Numbered from the stretch's first letter, positions 16,216-23,851 are shown. The stretch: 32,000 bases of DNA from Bifidobacterium longum subsp. longum JCM 1217 (GCF_000196555.1 NC_015067.1:990001-1022000), one strand, 5' to 3'. Program-made: numbers and translations. The notes: generated by a model from the letters alone, not told the origin.

Positions 16216-17154
16216 ATGAAGTACATCAAAACACGTGATGCATTACAAGCATTTTATTATCTGATTGCTGTCGATGGATCAGTCCGTGACGACGAACGCG
16301 CACTATTCGATCATATAGGTGACAATTTGGATGCAAAGCACTTCCATGATTATCGCAAAGAGATTATCGATTCGTGCGATGAGCGTATAAACCAGTGCCA
16401 CGATTCCGATGATCGCTACGACGTAATTGTTGAGGGTGTTGATGCAGTCTTGTCGCATCGAACGGATAAAAGAGCTGCAGGAATTGCACCAAGGCTGCTT
16501 CTGTGGAATATGTTGTCAGTTGCCTTCGCCGATGGGGAATATGATGCAGTAGAAAGCAGACTCATCAGACATATTGCCCGGACGATGATTGCCGATCGTT
16601 CCATATACCCCGAAATGGAACATCTTATGCGCGCGGCGTATGACGTGCGAGGCGAGCTCGACTGGATCAGCAATTCCGAACTGCCATATAGTGAAGTTCG
16701 CCCCATGGTGGATCAGCTGGAAGAGCGCGTGAATGTTCTCCAAAACGCTGCCGTGTTGCTGATTGAAGACGAGACAGCCGCGCCAGCCCCGGAAGTCATG
16801 GTTCCAGAGAAGGACGTGTTTGATCAGACCAAGGATGCCGTTGACTCGGTGGTCGCTCCGGTTGTGGATCAGGTTCAGCAGGGTGCTCAGGGAGCCGCGG
16901 ATGCGGTGAAGCATACGTTTGACAATAATGTTGCTCCTGTTCTCAACCAAGTTGGCGATGCGCTGAAGCCGGTGAATGATGCAGTGCTGAAACCGGTAGG
17001 CAACGCAGCCAATGAGGTTGCGAAACGTGCGGGTGACGCAGCCAATGAGGCTGCAAAACGTGCGGGCGATGCGGCCAATGAGGCTGCAAAACGTGCGGGC
17101 GATGCGGCCAATGCTGTACAAGGCTTCTTCGGTGGCCTCTTTGGACGCAAATAA
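16216..17154 (+). CDS. TerB-domain (tellurite-resistance TerB / DjlA-N-like) protein with a repeat-rich amphipathic C-terminus
   Basis: AAGGAGG RBS. The two TerB half-motifs are AFYYLIAVDGSVRDDERALF and LLLWNMLSVAFADGEYDAVESRLIRHIAR. The C-terminus has 3 x AKRAGDAANEA and ends FFGGLFGRK. Confidence 0.75.
   Translation: MKYIKTRDALQAFYYLIAVDGSVRDDERALFDHIGDNLDAKHFHDYRKEIIDSCDERINQCHDSDDRYDVIVEGVDAVLSHRTDKRAAGIAPRLLLWNMLSVAFADGEYDAVESRLIRHIARTMIADRSIYPEMEHLMRAAYDVRGELDWISNSELPYSEVRPMVDQLEERVNVLQNAAVLLIEDETAAPAPEVMVPEKDVFDQTKDAVDSVVAPVVDQVQQGAQGAADAVKHTFDNNVAPVLNQVGDALKPVNDAVLKPVGNAANEVAKRAGDAANEAAKRAGDAANEAAKRAGDAANAVQGFFGGLFGRK
17011..17109 (+). repeat. 3 x 33-bp in-frame tandem repeat inside the TerB-domain gene
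   Basis: AATGAGG(T/C)TGC(G/A)AAACGTGCGGG(T/C)GA(C/T)GC(A/G)GCC. Copies 2 and 3 are identical and copy 1 differs at a few positions. Confidence 0.9.
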
Positions 17155-17178
17155 GAGAAACCCAGGAAGGAATTCACT

Positions 17179-18171
17179 ATGCCATTTTTTGTTGTTCCAC
17201 TATTCATCGGAATGGCCGCTGCTGCCGGTACCGCAGGCGTGGGTATGGCTGCCAAAGGTAGTCTTGATCAGCACACGGCGAATCAGCTTAACGACAATTC
17301 CGGAGCACGCATTCGATGGGCAGCTAATAACCTCGAAAAGCTTCGTGGGCAATGTTCGGATTCCCTGAATGCCTTGGGCAAAGAGAAAGTCATCATTTTG
17401 GATGGGAGCGTTCAGCGCTTCCTTGATGCTTTTCAACAGTTGAAAAATGTTGATTTCACCGCGTCCGAAGGGCTTGATGAACTCAATAAACTGCGCATAG
17501 ACAAAGCGGCTTTTGATGAACTTAAAACCATGGGAAACATAGCTTCGTCTTTGCTGGAAGGCGGTGTGGCCGGGGCAGCCAGCGGTGCATTGGCTGCGTT
17601 TGGCGCATATAGTGCCGCGTCGGCACTTGCCACGGCTTCCACAGGAACTGCGATCAGTGCATTAAGTGGTGTGGCTGCTTCCAACGCCACGTTGGCGTTC
17701 TTCGGGGGAGGGTCCTTGGCTGCAGGTGGCTTGGGCATGGCCGGTGGCGCCGCTGTACTTGGAGGTTTAGTCGCAGGTCCTGCATTGCTGGTCATGGGCG
17801 TTATCATCGGTGCCAAGGGTGGCAAAAACCTTGAGGAAGCGAAGACCCAGTCTGCTGAGGCAAGCAAATATTGTGAGCAGATGATGGCCGGTGCGGACCA
17901 GTGCGTTGCCATTCGTCGGCGTAGTTATATGTTCCACGCTTTGCTTGCCCGTCTTGATGCTAAATTCCTGCCTTCAATTCTTGAAATGGAAAATATCATA
18001 AAGACCGAGGGAACGGATTATTCGCAATTCCGTCAGGAAAGTAAGAAGACTATTGCCGCAGCTGCGTCCACTGCAGCATCAATCAAGGCCGTGCTAGATA
18101 CTCCTCTGCTGGCCGAGGATGGGTCACTTACTTTGGAGTCGGAGAAGCTGATGAAGAACAGTGGCATTTGA
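17179..18171 (+). CDS. hypothetical membrane protein with an N-terminal TM helix, coiled coil and a central Gly/Ala-zipper block (operon gene C)
   Basis: GGAAGGA RBS. N-terminus MPFFVVPLFIGMAAAAGTAGVGMAA. Central block NATLAFFGGGSLAAGGLGMAGGAAVLGGLVAGPALLVMGVIIGAKGG. The C-terminal region is helical. Confidence 0.7.
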   Translation: MPFFVVPLFIGMAAAAGTAGVGMAAKGSLDQHTANQLNDNSGARIRWAANNLEKLRGQCSDSLNALGKEKVIILDGSVQRFLDAFQQLKNVDFTASEGLDELNKLRIDKAAFDELKTMGNIASSLLEGGVAGAASGALAAFGAYSAASALATASTGTAISALSGVAASNATLAFFGGGSLAAGGLGMAGGAAVLGGLVAGPALLVMGVIIGAKGGKNLEEAKTQSAEASKYCEQMMAGADQCVAIRRRSYMFHALLARLDAKFLPSILEMENIIKTEGTDYSQFRQESKKTIAAAASTAASIKAVLDTPLLAEDGSLTLESEKLMKNSGI

Positions 18172-18198
18172 TGGGATGAGGATTCCGGAGCTGGACTG

Positions 18199-18426
18199 AT
18201 GGTTCTGTGTCTTCTTCCGTTGATTTTGGGATATGGCGAGAATCCGTTGCCCGAGATGACGAGTCTTGCGGAAGCTCATGGCATTCGACTATTTAGTCTG
18301 CCGACTGTCGGACGAGAAGTGGATGCTTTCAGTTTTATGTTCGATGGTGTGCCGTATATCGCGGTAGATACCAGCAAGACCGCAGAACGTGTCCGTTTTG
18401 ATATCGCACATGGAATGGGCATCTGA
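18199..18426 (+). pseudogene. ImmA/IrrE-family metallopeptidase relic, 5' fragment
   Basis: ...AEAHGIRLFSLP...DAFSFMFDGVPYIAV...RVRFDIAHGMGI*. The expected HExxH reads HGMG, and the frame stops inside the motif. Confidence 0.65.
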
Positions 18427-18917
18427 TGATGCGTGAAATGGTATCCGAGGATGTAGCTGCCGCAGTAACGCGCGATATCGAAGGTGAAGCTCATTCGTTC
18501 GCCGCGAATCTTTTGATGCCGAAGCGCCGTGTTCTGGGCATGGTGCCGACTCACGCTTCAGTGTCGCAGATTTTGGCTGCGAAACATTATTTCAAGGTTT
18601 CCGCAATGGCTATGGCTCGCCGGGCCTATGAGCTGGGCCGATTGTCTGAATGGGAATATCGGCAGGTTTGCTCAGAACTGACGGTTCAAGGATACAAGAG
18701 TGGCGAGCCACGTGATCTGCGCCCAGAACAGTCGAAGGTATTCCGATTCGTGGCTGATACCAATAGGCAGAAGGGCATATCGGTTTCTACGGTGAGTGAG
18801 GAGACCGGGCTTGTGCCCAAAGAATTGCATGGATTGTCGTTTGGAAATATTTGGGCGGTTACGGGTGGGAGTAGCCTGAGTCAGAGAGCCATCTTGGGTC
18901 GAAATGAATCTGTTTGA
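18426..18917 (+). pseudogene. ImmA/IrrE-family metallopeptidase relic, 3' fragment
   Basis: EGEAHSFAANLLMP is the conserved third-ligand region (E..AN.FA..LLMP). It continues the 5' fragment after a 1-nt frame change. Confidence 0.65.
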
Positions 18918-19225
18918 GCTGACATCGCAATCTGGGTTGTGCAATGACTGAGTAACCCCTTGTTCTTTTGAGAGGTCGCTTCGCTGGTTTCCGTTGGTTT
19001 CGTTAATCGCATTTTTCGTTGCAATGACGCCGTTCTGGTGACGTTCGCGAGATTCGTTGATTGCTGCTGATTTCGCTGTTCTCTGCGGTCATTGTGTCCC
19101 GGTTGTGTCCACAGCGGCGCGGGTGTTCCCCAGTCAAATGAACTGGAATGACTGAGGAACAGCGTTGGACACCAATCAACTTGTCCGATTCTCTCCTATG
19201 AACTCTTGGAGCTGAGCATGTTGGT

Positions 19226-21022
19226 TTACTTACCATCCCTATGGTCACTTTCGTCGAGCGGGATTAGAGTAATGTGCGAGAAATCTATTACATCGCCGAA
19301 GAATACTTGTGATTCGTATTTCCGGACCTTGGCAGTGGCTGTGACAATTTTCTTAGCCACCACGCCATTGACTCCATCCATCGGCAGCAACCTGTATTCT
19401 CCGGTTTTCTCGGAAATCGTTTTGCATCCAGAGACGTTTGCGTACCACTGATAGTATCCAAGGAAGACTTTCCGCCTTCCCACATAGGCATTCAAACGGC
19501 TGACTCCATGAATGCAAGAAGGGAAACTCACCTTGCGTATCGACATGCCTGGATTAAGAGTGAAGGATAGTCCGTCCCACTTGTGGAAGATATAAGCATT
19601 CTTATGTTCCAGTAGAGCCAGAGCGATAATGTCGTTCTGGATGTCGAAGTCTCTGATTTCTTTGAACTCCGGGAACAAGATCTCTGACGAGGAACGCCGC
19701 TGAAGATCACTGTACAGCTGGGCAATTTCTTGCAGCTGCGCAAAATCAGGAAGATTATTAGTCGGCAAGTTGTCAATAGACAGGAAGGCTTCACCGTCAG
19801 GCGAGTGAAGGTTGAACTCCGATCCCTGCGAGAGCTCCTGACAAACGGTTATGGCGTCTTTGACCTTATCAACCGGCTTGCCCACTATATTTTTGATGGT
19901 GAAATTCATCTTGACCGTCGTGGTCGCATCACCATCAAAAATAAGTTGGACCCGAAGGCACTCGCTTTCATCCTCACCAGTCCATTGAGCACCGCCTTCA
20001 ATCCCGTGAGTGCGCTCAACCTGTTTAAGCGACACGGAAGCAGAAGGCGAGGCCAAGATAAGCTCTAAATCATTCCCTTCATTCTGCGGGAGAATGAACG
20101 CCCGGCAGGACTGTATCTGCGCATCGGGCAGCGTGTCCTTCAGAAACGGGATATTGCCAGTATCCGCAAGACGAACAGGGAAATCAGCAAGTGAGGTGCC
20201 ATATTTTTTGAACGACTCAAGCTGCTCACGTTGCTCTTGGTTCTGTGGCACAAACTGCACGGGGAAGGTTATCTTCGCGAATGACGTCGCTTCCTTGTAC
20301 TTGGCGATCACATCAACGGTGATTGACGACCCGTCCGGCCTCTTTTCCAAAAAAGAGAAAACGAGGTTCGGTCTCGTAATGAAATATGAATGCTCGTCGA
20401 ACTTACTGGCGATGTTCACGGTATAGGCATAGTTGGGATCACGATTTTCCAGCATGTCACAAATCGAGTGAAGTTTCGACAGCAGCGCTTTATCATCATG
20501 CAGATCGTCCACACGAGCGGCTTCGATAAATGTATGGACCAATCGCTCCACTTCGCGTATACCGTTACCGAGGAAATAGTCATAGACCTCGGGCATATCG
20601 GTAGCCCAAGCTTGGATGTTGGGTAGCCCGACCCAATCACAATTATATGGCAGTTCCTTCGTTATTTCCTTGAACCATTTCAGATTCTGCGGAGTTGGAT
20701 CCAAGGGCAAGACCAGATACCAGTTCGCCACCTTATAGCCGGTTTCCCGGATATAGTCGTTCAGCGACTTCAGCGACTTCTTAATCTGACTCTTCTGGCT
20801 GGTTTTAAGAGTATGGGCAAACTTCTTCACCTGATAAACGTCATAGGTGCCATCACCGTTCTTCACCTGAAGATCTATCCCATTGTCACCGGATGAAGGG
20901 CGAACACGGTTTGCCTCAGGACGCTGCTTGCAAATAAATACGGCAAGCAGCGTCTCCATATCCTCGCCGGACAGATTCCCCCATGGAATAGGATCAACCA
21001 CGAAAACCTCGCTTCTTGCCAA
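19226..21022 (-). CDS. large hypothetical protein with an N-terminal Mrr-like PD-(D/E)xK (restriction endonuclease fold) domain
   Basis: EDMETLLAVF...SSGDNGIDLQVKNGDGTYDVYQVKKF matches the Mrr_cat pattern (E...D.GID...Q.K). There is no Walker A and no other recognisable domain in the remaining 450 aa or so. The start is uncertain: TTG at 21022, GTG at 21001 preceded by GAGG, or ATG at 20959. Confidence 0.7.
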   Translation of the reverse strand: MARSEVFVVDPIPWGNLSGEDMETLLAVFICKQRPEANRVRPSSGDNGIDLQVKNGDGTYDVYQVKKFAHTLKTSQKSQIKKSLKSLNDYIRETGYKVANWYLVLPLDPTPQNLKWFKEITKELPYNCDWVGLPNIQAWATDMPEVYDYFLGNGIREVERLVHTFIEAARVDDLHDDKALLSKLHSICDMLENRDPNYAYTVNIASKFDEHSYFITRPNLVFSFLEKRPDGSSITVDVIAKYKEATSFAKITFPVQFVPQNQEQREQLESFKKYGTSLADFPVRLADTGNIPFLKDTLPDAQIQSCRAFILPQNEGNDLELILASPSASVSLKQVERTHGIEGGAQWTGEDESECLRVQLIFDGDATTTVKMNFTIKNIVGKPVDKVKDAITVCQELSQGSEFNLHSPDGEAFLSIDNLPTNNLPDFAQLQEIAQLYSDLQRRSSSEILFPEFKEIRDFDIQNDIIALALLEHKNAYIFHKWDGLSFTLNPGMSIRKVSFPSCIHGVSRLNAYVGRRKVFLGYYQWYANVSGCKTISEKTGEYRLLPMDGVNGVVAKKIVTATAKVRKYESQVFFGDVIDFSHITLIPLDESDHRDGK

Positions 21023-21130
21023 GTCGGCAACTACCCATTATCATCAGCTCTAGCTTGGTTGATTCGTCTTTGGCGCGCCGCTTGTGCCGCAAGTAACCCG
21101 CTTTGTCACGTATCTAACGAGCCGGAACCC

Positions 21131-21148
21131 TTAGAACATATGTTCTAA
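21131..21148. promoter_or_regulatory. perfect 18-bp palindrome TTAGAACATATGTTCTAA, a LexA (Cheo/SOS box)-like operator candidate
   Basis: It contains GAAC-N4-GTTC, the core of Gram-positive and actinobacterial LexA boxes. It lies about 110 bp upstream of the 598-aa gene. A TAGATA -10-like hexamer (minus strand, 21111-21116) lies 14 nt downstream of it. Confidence 0.35.
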
Positions 21149-21476
21149 CATGTGGCCTTGACGCAAGCCTACGGCGGCGGCAATCGCTGACTTCGGACGG
21201 TTGATGACAAACAGACGTACCTCGACTTGGCTAAACACTAGTATTAGCTGAGTCCAGACTCTAGACGGATTGGAGATTCGCAAGTGAGCAAGAGCCCGGT
21301 AGCTCATCCCACCAAGTATGACCCCCGGCCCACGCCCCGTTGCCGGAGACTGACCGAGCCGGATCGTGAGTCGGCTCATGCTCCCGCCAGCGAGGGCGTG
21401 AACCGACGAACCATTCCTCTAGGCGAATGGTCGGGACAGCATAGCCGAAGTACGCTGTCCCAGCTGACTCCATCCC

Positions 21477-22427
21477 TCACTCGTAGCTGATGACCAGACG
21501 GCCGACCACGTCGCCGCGCTCCAGTCGTTCGATCGCCTCCGGCACCTCGTCGAACGAGACGGTCGTGGTGACCGGCGTGAGCTTGCCGGTGCGCATCAGC
21601 TCGTAGACGCCTCGGATGTCGTCGGGCGTGCCGCCGTTGGATCCGCGCAGATCGCACTGGTTGACGATGAGCGACTTGGCATCGATGGTGGTTTCCAACC
21701 GGCCCATGCCGACGAGCACCACCACGCCGCCCAGCCTGATCACGTCCACCGCGTCGGCGGTGGTGTCGCCGAATCCGGCGAAGTCGACGATCACATCGAA
21801 GAATCCCTTCGGATAGTCCGTGATGGACTGGCGCGCGTCCACCGCGCCCAGTTCCTTGGCCAGCGGCCAGATATCCTCCTTGATCTCCGCCACATGCACC
21901 TCGGCGCCCAGCAGATGGGCCACGCGGGCGCCGATCTGGCCCAACCCGCCCAATCCGATGATGCCGACCCTGTCGCCGGCCTTCACGCCGCCACGGCGCA
22001 CCACGGCCGCGTACGAGGTCATGCCCGCATCGGTGGCCGCGGCGCCGTTGACGAAATCCACCTCGTCGGGAATGCGCACCAGCGCCTGCGTGCCCACCAC
22101 GATCTTCGGGCCGAATCCGCCGTCGAAGGAGGACCCGGGGCAGCCGGCCGGCGTGGTCGGGCATATCGCCACGCGGTCGCCCACCTGAAAATCGTCCACG
22201 CCCTCGCCGACTTGGCTGATCACGCCGGCATCCTCGTGGCCGAGCGTGACCGGCACCTGCGCCAGCATCGTCATCCAGCCCGGATCGGTGAGAATGCCCA
22301 CATCGGTGTGGCAGATGCCGGCCGCCTTCACGTCGACGACGACCTGCCCCGGTCCGGCGGTCGGCTCGGGCAGCTCGGCGAGCTGCAATGGTTCATTGGT
22401 GCCGGTGAATCTCCATGACTTCATCAT
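21477..22427 (-). CDS. zinc-dependent alcohol dehydrogenase family (MDR) oxidoreductase
   Basis: AAGICHTDV and LGHEDAG Zn-ligand motifs. Rossmann motif IIGLGGLG. Confidence 0.9.
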   Translation of the reverse strand: MMKSWRFTGTNEPLQLAELPEPTAGPGQVVVDVKAAGICHTDVGILTDPGWMTMLAQVPVTLGHEDAGVISQVGEGVDDFQVGDRVAICPTTPAGCPGSSFDGGFGPKIVVGTQALVRIPDEVDFVNGAAATDAGMTSYAAVVRRGGVKAGDRVGIIGLGGLGQIGARVAHLLGAEVHVAEIKEDIWPLAKELGAVDARQSITDYPKGFFDVIVDFAGFGDTTADAVDVIRLGGVVVLVGMGRLETTIDAKSLIVNQCDLRGSNGGTPDDIRGVYELMRTGKLTPVTTTVSFDEVPEAIERLERGDVVGRLVISYE

Positions 22428-22554
22428 GACTCCTTAACTTCAAGGCGCATCGTCGCGCCATTCGGCCGAGCCCCTCGTCCCGGGCACGGACTGCGCCGTT
22501 GGGAATACGGCGACACCCTCTATCGTAGGGCAGCCGGGCGAACGACCCACGCGG

Positions 22555-22620
22555 CCCGTTGTCTACTTAGAAGTGCAACATCCTTTTTAAAGGGTGTTGC
22601 ACTTCTAAGTAGACAACGGG
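22555..22620. repeat. 66-bp near-perfect palindrome (26-bp perfect arms)
   Basis: CCCGTTGTCTACTTAGAAGTGCAACA (22555-22580) pairs with TGTTGCACTTCTAAGTAGACAACGGG (22595-22620). The centre CCTTTTTAAAGG is also largely self-complementary. Confidence 0.85.
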
Positions 22621-22659
22621 ATGTTTGGGTCGCACTATCTGCCCAAAAGCATGATGTGT

Positions 22660-23595
22660 TCAGCTCCGCTCACGAATGAAATCGAAGATCACGTCGAAGA
22701 CCTGCTGGCTCCAGAAATCGTACTCATGTTCGGCGCCGTCGACTAGCACCAGCTGCGCGTCCACGCCGTGCTCGACCAGTTGGTCGCGCATCTTGACGGA
22801 TTGATGATAGGGGACCACGGTGTCGGCGGTACCGTGCAACAGGAGCATCGGCGGATACTGCTGGTCATCCCGCACCTGCAGGTAGGGACTCATATCAGCC
22901 GCACGCTGACGGACCTCGGCATTGATGCCGGTCTCATGGGTCGCACCCACCACGGCCGCGAACGGGCCGAAATAATACAGCCGGAATGGATTGGTCTCAT
23001 CGTCGAATGCGTCGACAGCTTCAAGCATGTCAGTGGGCGGGAAGCAGCTGACCACGTACTTCACCGCATCGCTTTCATCGGCATTGGTGCCATCCTCATA
23101 CCTCGGATCGTCGGCGGTCAACCCCACCAGCAGCGACGTGTTGCCGCCGGACGACGTGCCCCAGATACCGAGACGGTCGGGGTCCACGTGCCATTGACGT
23201 GCGTTTGCCCTGAGATAGCGGATGGCTGCTTTGACGTCCTCGAGATATGCGGGGAACATGTCGTGGGGGTCGCTCGAGGCATCGCGATGATTCACCGTAG
23301 CCACCACAAAGCCTTCGCGGGCCAAAGCCGAGAGCTGCGGGATCTCGTAGTCGCGATGCGGCGTGGTCCAGGCGCTGCCTTGCACGAATACCACGGTGGG
23401 GTAGCGGCGGTCATCGTCATCGCCGGTGGATTGTGGTGAGATGATATCCATCACCAGGTTATCGGCCCCGGTCTTGTACGCCACGTTGCGGGTCAGCGTG
23501 GCCAATCCGGCAAGCGTGGGATTGTGCGGGATATGGATGACATTGTTTGCGCCGGCGTTGGCATCACTGACTTTGGATGAATCGGTAGTGTTCAT
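22660..23595 (-). CDS. alpha/beta hydrolase (esterase/lipase-type)
   Basis: Nucleophile elbow GTSSGG, oxyanion region VFVQGSAW, and C-terminal HGTADTVVP. Confidence 0.85.
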   Translation of the reverse strand: MNTTDSSKVSDANAGANNVIHIPHNPTLAGLATLTRNVAYKTGADNLVMDIISPQSTGDDDDRRYPTVVFVQGSAWTTPHRDYEIPQLSALAREGFVVATVNHRDASSDPHDMFPAYLEDVKAAIRYLRANARQWHVDPDRLGIWGTSSGGNTSLLVGLTADDPRYEDGTNADESDAVKYVVSCFPPTDMLEAVDAFDDETNPFRLYYFGPFAAVVGATHETGINAEVRQRAADMSPYLQVRDDQQYPPMLLLHGTADTVVPYHQSVKMRDQLVEHGVDAQLVLVDGAEHEYDFWSQQVFDVIFDFIRERS

Positions 23596-23851
23596 GGAAT
23601 CCCCCTAGCTCTGTTGCTATAGAGGTCATCATACAAGAAATAGGCATGATCACGGCACAACGATGTCTCGATCACAGCGAAGACATGAAGACGCGAAGAC
23701 GCGCCCGGCAGCGCGCGCTGCCTGCCTGCGAGTTGCCTTCAAGTGCACTTCAAGCGATAAGGTGACATAAGCCGCGGCAATGGAGATTGCTGCCCGGCAA
23801 CGAGGCGGACAGTGCCCGTTCGCCGATTCACGATAACAGAAATGAGACACT

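Noticed and set aside
17011-17109. Regular 33-bp repeats that could superficially suggest a CRISPR array.
   Set aside because: The repeats are directly tandem with no spacers, are in frame inside a well-supported CDS, and encode an 11-aa peptide repeat.
19003-19248. 81-aa minus-strand ORF just downstream of, and overlapping the stop of, the 598-aa gene, as a possible partner gene.
   Set aside because: It has Arg/Ser-rich composition, no RBS and no recognisable motif, so it looks like a chance ORF in the convergent spacer.
21290-21312. tRNA-like string AGCCCGGTAGCTCATCC, a possible tRNA 5' fragment or att remnant at the right island edge.
   Set aside because: Only about 13 nt resemble an acceptor/D-arm. 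No cloverleaf, anticodon arm or T-arm (GTTCGAATC-like) follows on either strand.
21131-21379. 82-aa minus-strand ORF, and ORFs 21261-21473 and 21284-21490, in the spacer between the nuclease-like gene and adh.
   Set aside because: There is no RBS, the translations are Arg/Gly/Ser-rich and non-protein-like, the ORFs overlap one another, and the stop codon is simply part of the palindrome. A small RNA in this 454-bp spacer cannot be excluded.
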